Positions 22,864-32,000 of a stretch of 32,000 bases of DNA are shown piece by piece. A program made the translations under genes and the position numbers. How positions within the stretch are numbered: the first letter of the stretch is position 1; every line of letters starts with the position of its first letter. Origin of the DNA: Candidatus Saccharimonadota bacterium (GTDB lineage Bacteria > Bacillota_I > Bacilli_A > Mycoplasmatales > Hepatoplasmataceae); assembly GCF_000582535.1 (NCBI RefSeq), contig NZ_CP006932.1, positions 600,001-632,000 of the forward strand, given 5' to 3'. A model generated the notes under the pieces. It saw nothing but the letters and a program-made list of their open reading frames with translations. It made no database searches and was not told the origin of the DNA.

Positions 22864-24454
22864 AATTATTACTTGCTTCAATAAAACTTTCAAATAAAGG
22901 ATCTAATTTAAAAATTTTTGTATTAAATTCGGGATGAAATTGAACAGCAATAAAAAAATCATTTTTTGGATATTCCACTATTTCAACTAAATTAGTTTGT
23001 GGATTTATTCCAGAAAATACCAAACCATTTTTTTCTAAAATATTTTTATATTGATTATTAAATTCATAACGATGTCTATGTCTTTGATTTATTAAATCTT
23101 TTTTATAAATTTTGCTTGCTATTGTATTGGGAAAAATTTTACATTCATACTCGCCCAAACGCATTGTTCCCCCAAAATTTTTTAAATCTTGATCTTCCAA
23201 TAAATGAATAATAAATTTTTGTTTCTTTTCAGGATTTAATTCTTGATGATATAAATTTAAATTTAAAACATTATTTGCAAATTCTAAAATTAATAATTGC
23301 ATTCCAAAACAAATTCCTAATAAAGGAATATTATTTTCCCTTGCATACTTAATTGTTTTTATTTTTCCATCTGTTCCATCTGTTCCAAATCCTCCAGAAA
23401 TAATTATTCCACTATAATTATTTAATTTTTTGAGATCCAAAGATTTAGAATCTAACAAATCTATTTTTAAATCTATTTTTTTATAAATAGAAATAATTTT
23501 TAAACTCTCAATTATCGAAAGATAAGAATCTTTTAAATTATGGTATTTACCAACAATTGCAATTCTTAATTTATCTTTATTTTGATAAGAGATTAAATTA
23601 TTAAATAAATCATATTTTTCAATATTTTTATTTATTAATTTTAAATTTAAAATTTTAGCAATTTTTTGATCAATTTTTTCTTCCATTAATTTTTTAGGAA
23701 TTTGATATACATTTGGTAAATTTTCTAATTCCAAAATATATTCTTTATTTACACCACAATTAATAGAAATTTTATTGAATACTTCTTGATTATTTATTTT
23801 ATTTTCTGTTCTTACAATTAAAAAATTAGGAAATACACCAAGACTATGTAATTCTTTAATACTATGTTGAAAAGGTTTGCTTTTATATTCTTTATTAATT
23901 GAAAGAAAAGGAACAAAACCAATATGAATATTTATTACATTTTCTCTTTCAAATTGTAATTGTCTAATTGCTTCAAAATAGGGAATAGATTCAATATCTC
24001 CTACAGTTCCACCTATTTCCACAATTAAAAGATCATTATTTTTCAAATTATTTAAAATTAAATCAATTATTTCATTAATAACATGAGGAATAATTTGCAC
24101 AGTTTTACCTAAATATTTTCCTCTTCTTTCTTTTTCAATTAAATTCCTATATATTTTTCCAGAACTAATTGAAGAATTTTTTGAAAGATTTTGATTTATA
24201 AATCTTTCATAATGACCTATATCAAGATCTGTTTCTCCTCCGTCCTTAGTAACAAATACTTCACCGTGTTCAATAGGAGAAATTGTTCCTGGATCAACAT
24301 TTAAATAAGGATCAAATTTCATCATATTAACTTTTAGTCCTCTTTCTTTAAACATAAAAGCTAAGGAAGCAGCGAAAATTCCCTTTCCTAATGATGATAA
24401 AACTCCTCCTGTAATAAAAATTATTTTGCCATTTATTTTTCTGCTATTTTTCAT
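22829..24454 (-). CDS. pyrG: CTP synthase PyrG (541 aa)
   Basis: ORF 22850..24454 ends at TGA. With code 4 it adds WKNNQER and stops at TAA 22829-22831. N-terminal IFITGGVLSSLGKGI. Glutamine amidotransferase GICFGMQ and FHPEF. Confidence 0.95.
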
Positions 24455-24462
24455 AATAAAAT

Positions 24463-24490
24463 AATTATAAAATAAATTTATTTTATAATT
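24463..24490. repeat. 28-bp perfect A/T palindrome between the RCC1-gene stop and the pyrG start
   Basis: AATTATAAAATAAA|TTTATTTTATAATT. The halves are exact reverse complements. Confidence 0.8.
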
Positions 24491-24498
24491 AGTAATTC

Positions 24499-27132
24499 TT
24501 AATTTTGGAAATCATTTATTTTATTTTCATTTTCAATAATTTTTTCTTTTAATTTTAAATTTATTCAAAATAAAATTGTTGTAATTAAAATAAAAGCTAT
24601 TAAAAAACCAACAATAAAAAATAATATTCAAAAATTTCGATCTTGTTTTTTTGTATTAACATTTCCATTTTCTGAAATATCTAAAGATTGATCAAAATTT
24701 TTAGTAAAACTTAGATTTTCAAAATTATAATTTTTATTACTTTCTAAATTCTCTATTTCAAAAAAAAATTTATATTTTTCCGTTCCTCTTTCAGTTCCAC
24801 TAGAAATATGAACAGAACTTTTTAAAACATAAGTAGAACTATAAATATTACCTTCTGAATCTTTTAAATATAGATTTTCATTTAAATTAAAATTTAAAAA
24901 AATTGGTTCTCTATTTTGTTCGTCGGAGTAAATTAAATTATCAATAGTAATTTCATATATTAATAAATTAGTTGTAATTGATGTTTCATTTATTACAAAA
25001 CTATTTTTAACAAATTGTTTATTTACAGATAATGTCTTAATTTCAAGAGAATTAGATAAAGTAATTATTTCAGAATTAGGATCATTAGGATCATTAAGTG
25101 AAATTTTAGAAAATACATATTGAGTGTTAGTATCTAAATTATTTTGTAAAAATTCTAGTTGATAATTCTGTGTTCCATTAATTACACCATTTGAGATAAC
25201 ATTTAAAGTAACAAAAGAGGAATTATATATATTCTCGTTTTGATCAATTAATCAAATTCCATTATTTACATCATATTGCGTGAAATTTGTTTCATTTTCA
25301 TTTGGTTTCAAATTATCAATTTCAATATTAAATTCAAATGATGTTGTGGTAATTGAATTTTCTATAATAAAAATAGAATTTTCTTTAATTATTGGTGTTG
25401 TTTTTTCTGTTTGAAAATACATAGGATCTTGATCAATGGTATATTTATATTCACCATTTTCATAAAAATATTGAATTGAATCAATTTGATAATTTGTTTC
25501 TGAATTTAAATCTGTTAGTGTAATTTCATAGGAATCATCAATTACAAATTCTTGCGAATTATAAATATTTTGATCTAAATCAGTATAATTTACTTTAATT
25601 TTTCGTTCAGAAGAAGTGTAATCTAATAAATTAAATTCTTCACCATTTTGACTAAAATCTAATAAAATTGTTACATCTTCTTGATTTGGATCTAAAATTT
25701 GATAATTGGAAATTAAGTAATCAGAATCAGAAGAAGGAAATATTGAAAATATTGAACTAAATTCCTTTAAATTGGAATTATCATAATAATTTGTTAATTG
25801 ATAATTAGAATTATCACCACAACCATATAAAATATCACTTTCTCCATCATTATTTAAATCAGCTAATAAATAACTATTTTTAGAACCAAAATAAAAATCT
25901 TTTAATTTAAAATTATTAGTATTAAAAATTAATTGAGGAAAATAAATTCCATTTTCATTTAAATTATAATTCCCAAGTTGACCATATTTATTTGATCCTC
26001 AAATATAAAGACTATCTGCATATTGATCATTATTTTGATCAATTAGCACACCCGAATTATATAAACTAATTGATAAATCAATTATATTTCCGTTTCAATT
26101 ATCTTGTCCTTGTGGTGTTATTTTTTGTGGAAATAAAGAATTATTTGTTGTTCCATTTCCCAGTTGGCCATTACTATTATCTCCTCATATATAAATATTA
26201 TCACCATAATTATCAGAATCTATATCATCTATAATAATTGAAATATTATTTGCACTTGCTTCTAAATCAATTATATTTCCGTTTCAATTATCTTGTCCTT
26301 GTGGTGTTATTTTTTGTGGAAATAAAGAATTATTTGTTGTTCCATTTCCAAGTTGGCCATTACTATTATCTCCTCAAGTATAAATGGTATCACCATAATT
26401 ATCTTGATCAGTATCTATTAAAACAGAAGAAAAATATTCCCCTAAGGCAATATCAACAATATTTCCTCCTCAATTATTTTTTTCTTTTGGAGTTACTTTT
26501 GTTGGAATAGATATAGTTCCTCCTATTGTTCCATTTCCAATTTGGCCTTTGCTATTATCTCCTCATATATATAATGTATCAGCATACCCATCATTATTAG
26601 TATCAACAGAAATTGCTGTATTAGTATATGATAAATCTAAATCAATAATCTCTCCTTTTTTATTATTTTTAGAAGAATAAGAAATTACAGGAAATAAAAT
26701 ATTATTTTCACTATCATTTATTTGATTTGAATTATTATCTCCTCACACATATAATGTATCTCCATAATTATCATTATCGGTATCAACTAAAACAGACGAA
26801 TTATATCCGTCAAGCGATAAATCAACAATATTTCCATTTCAATCTTCTTGATTTTTTGGAGTTATCAAAATAGGTTTTGCGATATTTACATTTTCAGAAC
26901 CATTTCCAATTTGACCATATTGATTATCTCCTCACATATAAAGAGTATCTGCATAATTATCATTATCGGTATCAATAATAATTCCAGAATGATAATATCC
27001 TGCATCACCACTTATAATGTTATTTTGATCATAAAAATCAGAATTAATATTTTTATTGTTAAAGTTTATTTTAAAAATGCTTAAATTTAGAAACAAAAAA
27101 GGAAGCATCAAAAAAGCTACAAATTTTCTCAT
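24499..27132 (-). CDS. predicted surface-anchored RCC1-repeat beta-propeller protein (877 aa)
   Basis: The entire frame was translated codon by codon with no TAA/TAG and 13 TGA=Trp. Signal-peptide-like MRKFVAFLMLPFLFLNLSIF. Seven RCC1-type repeats: YMWGDNQYGQIGNG, YVWGDNNSNQI, YIWGDNSKGQIGNG, YTWGDNSNGQLGNG, YIWGDNSNGQLGNG, YIWGSNKYGQLGN, LYGCGDNSNYQL. Three C-terminal modules of about 110 aa each. TM helix FWILFFIVGFLIAFILITTILFW. Stop TAA 24499-24501. Confidence 0.85.
26074..26376. repeat. near-identical tandem duplication (period 189 bp = one 63-aa RCC1 blade) inside the RCC1 gene
   Basis: 26074-26187 and 26263-26376 are identical over 114 bp, except C/A at 26161 versus 26350. A further shared TCACCATAATTATC follows after a short divergent patch. 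Confidence 0.9.
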
Positions 27133-27155
27133 AATAAATCTCTTAAAGAAAATAA

Positions 27156-27185
27156 AAATTTAAAAAATTTAAATTTTTTAAATTT
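27156..27185. repeat. 30-bp perfect A/T palindrome in the divergent RCC1-gene/metG intergenic region
   Basis: AAATTTAAAAAATTT|AAATTTTTTAAATTT. The halves are exact reverse complements. Confidence 0.8.
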
Positions 27186-27263
27186 ATTTTAATATATTAT
27201 AAAATTTAATAAATCCCTTACAAGATTATTATATTAAAATTTAAAAAAATAGATAATATTTAA

Positions 27264-28756
<1,493 letters not shown>

Positions 28757-28760
<4 letters not shown>

Positions 28761-29668
28761 TTAAACTCTAAATTTGTATCAATTAATTTAACTTTGCTGA
28801 AATCAATTTTATTTAAATTTGCAGATTTTAATTTTACTGATTTAAATTCTGCTCCTTCTAAATTTGCTTTTGCAAGATTTGCATAACTAAGATCAACATT
28901 TTCTAGTCTTGCATTTTTAAAATTCACATAAGCAAGATTTGTATAAGATAAATTAATATTTTTAAGATTAGCTTCACTAAAATCAACAAATTTTAAGTTT
29001 GATTTATTAAAATTAATATCTTTAAGGTTGGATTTAATAAAACTTGAATAAACTAAATTAGAAGATGATAAATTTACATCATTTAGTCTTGCTTCATTAA
29101 ATAAAGATTTTTTAAGATTGCAATGATCTAAGGAAACTTTATCTAAAATAGATTTATTAAAATTAGAATTAAGTAATCCTAAATAATTTATTTTTACTTC
29201 TTTAAAATTTGCTTTTGTAAAATTAACTTTTACAAAATTTTCATTTAAAAAACTAAATAAAAATTTTTTATTATTTATTTCTACATTATTAAATTTTGCA
29301 TCAGTAAAATTAACTTTTGTTAATCTTACTTTTTTTAAGTTTACATCAGTAAGACTTGATTTATTAAATTTTGCATCAGTAAAATTAACTTTTACAAAAT
29401 TTGTTTTTATCAAATTTGTATTAATAAAATTAGAATCATTAAGATTTGATTTTAAAAAATTTGCTTCTTTTATATTTGAATCTTCCAAATTTGCTTCTTT
29501 TAAATTTGTTTTTTTAAAAATTGAAAAATCTAAATTTGCTCTACTTAAATTAATTTTGTTCAAATTAGATTTTAAAAAAACTGAACCTTGTAAATTCTTT
29601 TCAGAAAAATTTACTCCTGTTAAATTTTTTTTCTTTAATTCTGTTTTATTAATATTATTATTATCCAT
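28757..29668 (-). CDS. pentapeptide-repeat protein (303 aa, essentially all repeat)
   Basis: Intact ORF with no TGA. About 57 consecutive A(D/N)(L/F)xx pentads, for example NLTGV NFSEK NLQGS VFLKS NLNKI NLSRA NLDFS. AAGGA lies 6 nt upstream of the ATG. The start is 11 nt downstream of the helicase stop. Confidence 0.9.
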
Positions 29669-29679
29669 ATTTTTCCTTA

Positions 29680-32000
29680 TTAATTATTTTTGATTAAATT
29701 TTCAATATTTTTTAATTCTTGTTTTTGATTATTAAATCAATTGTTTATTCAAACACGATAGAATTTATATCCTCTTTCATTTAAAAAATCTTGTTTTGAA
29801 ATATCTCTTTTTCGGACAGATTTATAAGAATTTTTGATTATTTCATCTGTTTCGATCAAAAGACTTACATTATTATCTTGGTCGTAAATTAAAAAATCAA
29901 TATTATATCCATAATTATCATCTTGATTTGCTACATTTAAATTATATTTATTTGTTATTTTTTTTAATTCAAAATAAAAATCTTTTTCAAAATTTGATTT
30001 AAATTCTTTTAATTTAAATCTTTCATTTAATGATAAATTATTATTTAATTCCATACAGTATTTTAAAAATCTATAAAGTATATATATTCCACTTTCAAGA
30101 TTGTGTTTATGTAAATTATTACGAATAAAAAAATTTTCAAAATCTATTTGTTTTAATGAAGTTACTACATACATTTTTAATCTTGATCTTGTAATTGCTA
30201 CATTAATTCTATTTATTCCTCCTTCTTGATTAATTGGTCCAAAATTAAAAAGAACTTTTCCTTCTTCATTTTTTCCATATAAAGTAGAAAAAATAATAAT
30301 ATCTCTTTCATCTCCTTGCACATTTTCAATGTTCTTTACAAATAAATTAACATCTCTACTATTTATTCAATTTGCAAATTCAAGATCAGAAAAACCAATA
30401 CTTGCAATTTGTTCTAAAATATATTTTTCTTGTCTTGAATTCATTGTAATTATTCCAATTGATTTATCTTTAAATTTTTCTGCATTTTTAATTGAAATAA
30501 GAATTTCAATAATCTTATCTGATTCTTTTTTATTCAAACTATTTTTATATAATGGATCATTTATTTGATAATATTCAATTGGTTGATAATCTATATTTTT
30601 ATTATTTTTAGTAATAAAAGTAAGATTACTATTATAAAAAATTTTATTAGAATATTCAATTAATTCCTTATAATCAGAACGATAATGATGTTCCAACATT
30701 ATATGAGGAAATTTTGCTTTTGCATAAGTTAATAAAGATAATTTATTATCTATTAAATTATCATCTTCATATTTTTCAAGTTCTTCTGTTGTATTTCTAG
30801 AAATAAAAAAATTTGTTGGTGATAATTGTTTTTCGTCTCCCAAAATTACAACTTTTTTAGATCTTTCTATTGAAGGTAAACTTCTCTCAATAAACATTTG
30901 TGAAGCTTCATCAAAAATTACTAAATCAAATTGATCTTCTAATGTAAAAATACTTGAAATTGTTTCAGGATTTAATAATCAAATTTTATATAAATTTTTG
31001 AAATCTTGTGCTTCGTTTTGTAAAAATACTTTTACTCCTCATTTTTTCTTAACATTAAAAATTATTCTTTTAAATTGATCACTTGTTTTTCTAAAATTAA
31101 TTCAAAAATTCATTGCAAGATAATATTTTGCAATTTTGCTAAATTTATCAATTTTATCTTTTCTTAAATTTAAAAAATCCTTGTAATTATCTTTTCATTT
31201 AAAAACTTGTTCTTCAATTTTAAATAAAAAGTCAAATTTATTTATTCTTTCACGAAAGATTTTAAATTCAATAATTTCTAATAATTTGTCATATTTTATT
31301 TTATTTTTCTTAGTAAAATCTAAAAATTCTTTTAAAAAATAGAATTGACCATCAGTAAAATTTTTTATTATTTGAAATTCTTTAAAACTTAAATTTAAGT
31401 TAGCTTCCAGATTTTTATATTTTGTTATTAAATTTTTTTGTTCTTCTAGATTTTTATTAAATAAATTATTATATTTTAAAATAATTTTATTTTTTAAAAG
31501 ATCATAATCTTTTATTTCATTAAAAGACTTTTTAAGAATAATAATCATTTTAGCAATACTTTGTTCTACTTGTAATTCTTTTTTTTGATTTCCATATTTT
31601 CGATCATATTTAATTTTATTAATCAAAAATTCCTTCTTTGCTAAATCAAAATCACTTTTTAAATTTTTATATTCTAATTTAAAATTATCATTTTCTAGTA
31701 AATATTTAGAAAATAATTTTTCCTTAAAATCATTTTTTAACAGTGAAAAAAAATATTTTTTCAAAATAGGATGAATTTTCGAAAAATAAATTAAATCATG
31801 AGAATAGGTAAACAATTTTTCAAAAAGATCTAATGAATGAGATGCGACAAAAGAATTAAGTTTATCATTTTCAAAATATTTTAATATTTCGTCATATCTA
31901 GAATCATTTATATTTTTTCACAAATCATTCCAAATAAGTTTTAAATTTTTTTCTTCTAAAATTAATTCTTCTTTTTTAATATCAATTAAACTATTAAAGT
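29680..32000 (-). CDS. SF1 (Upf1/DNA2-like, AAA_11/AAA_12-type) helicase fused to a C-terminal Vsr/DUF559-like endonuclease domain; 5' end outside the window
   Basis: Fragments 29749..30321, 30367..30897 and 31195..31815 are in one frame. The junctions and 31816-32000 were checked codon by codon. Motif II VIFDEASQM. ILGDEKQLSPT. Motifs V/VI VQGDERDIIIFS and INVAITRSR. C-terminal ...NIDFLIY...LLIETDE...RKRDISKQDFLNERGYKFYRVW. Stop TAA 29680-29682. Walker A not yet seen, presumably upstream of 32000. Confidence 0.85.

Noticed and set aside
25700-27060. Periodic repeats of about 189 bp as a possible CRISPR array or noncoding satellite
   Set aside because: The periodicity is the RCC1 blade length within a verified open reading frame. 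There is no short-repeat/unique-spacer structure and there are no cas genes.
26238-27084. Plus-strand ORFs 26238..26510 and 26848..27084
   Set aside because: They are antisense to the RCC1 gene, whose frame I verified end to end.
30329-30568. Plus-strand 79-aa ORF
   Set aside because: It is antisense to the helicase gene, between motifs II and V.

Overview
The window is very AT-rich and looks like a Mollicutes-type chromosome. It only makes sense under translation table 4 (TGA=Trp). Nearly every gene in the standard-code ORF track is broken at in-frame TGA codons. Re-joining the fragments gives uninterrupted, tightly packed genes whose conserved Trp positions are encoded by TGA.

Contents, left to right:
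- A 13-gene tRNA operon on the minus strand (1-1078, the first gene truncated by the window edge).
- ktrA (+) and ktrB (-), separated by two unknown genes.
- A ligA / polytopic-membrane-protein / ktrB operon.
- An Fe/Mn superoxide dismutase, followed by an isolated DUF3800-like gene bracketed by terminators.
- A long minus-strand block: phosphohexomutase, rsmG, and a four-gene BMP-family ABC importer (ATPase, two permeases, binding protein).
- A 200-aa hypothetical gene, then mnmG.
- An RNase-H-like fusion protein, a choline/aminoglycoside-kinase-family protein and pyrG.
- metG.

Two loci stand out. The first (24499-27132) encodes an 877-aa predicted surface protein: signal peptide, seven RCC1 (WGDNxxGQLGNG) propeller blades, three beta-sandwich-like modules and a C-terminal membrane anchor. 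It carries a near-identical 189-bp-period blade duplication. The second (28757-32000) is a two-gene cassette: a large Upf1/DNA2-like SF1 helicase fused to a Vsr/DUF559-like endonuclease domain, followed 11 nt later by a 303-aa protein made entirely of pentapeptide repeats (a possible DNA mimic). I propose this cassette as a candidate undescribed helicase-nuclease/DNA-mimic system.

I saw no rRNA genes, CRISPR arrays, IS elements or integrases. All family assignments come from motifs read by eye. No database search was run.
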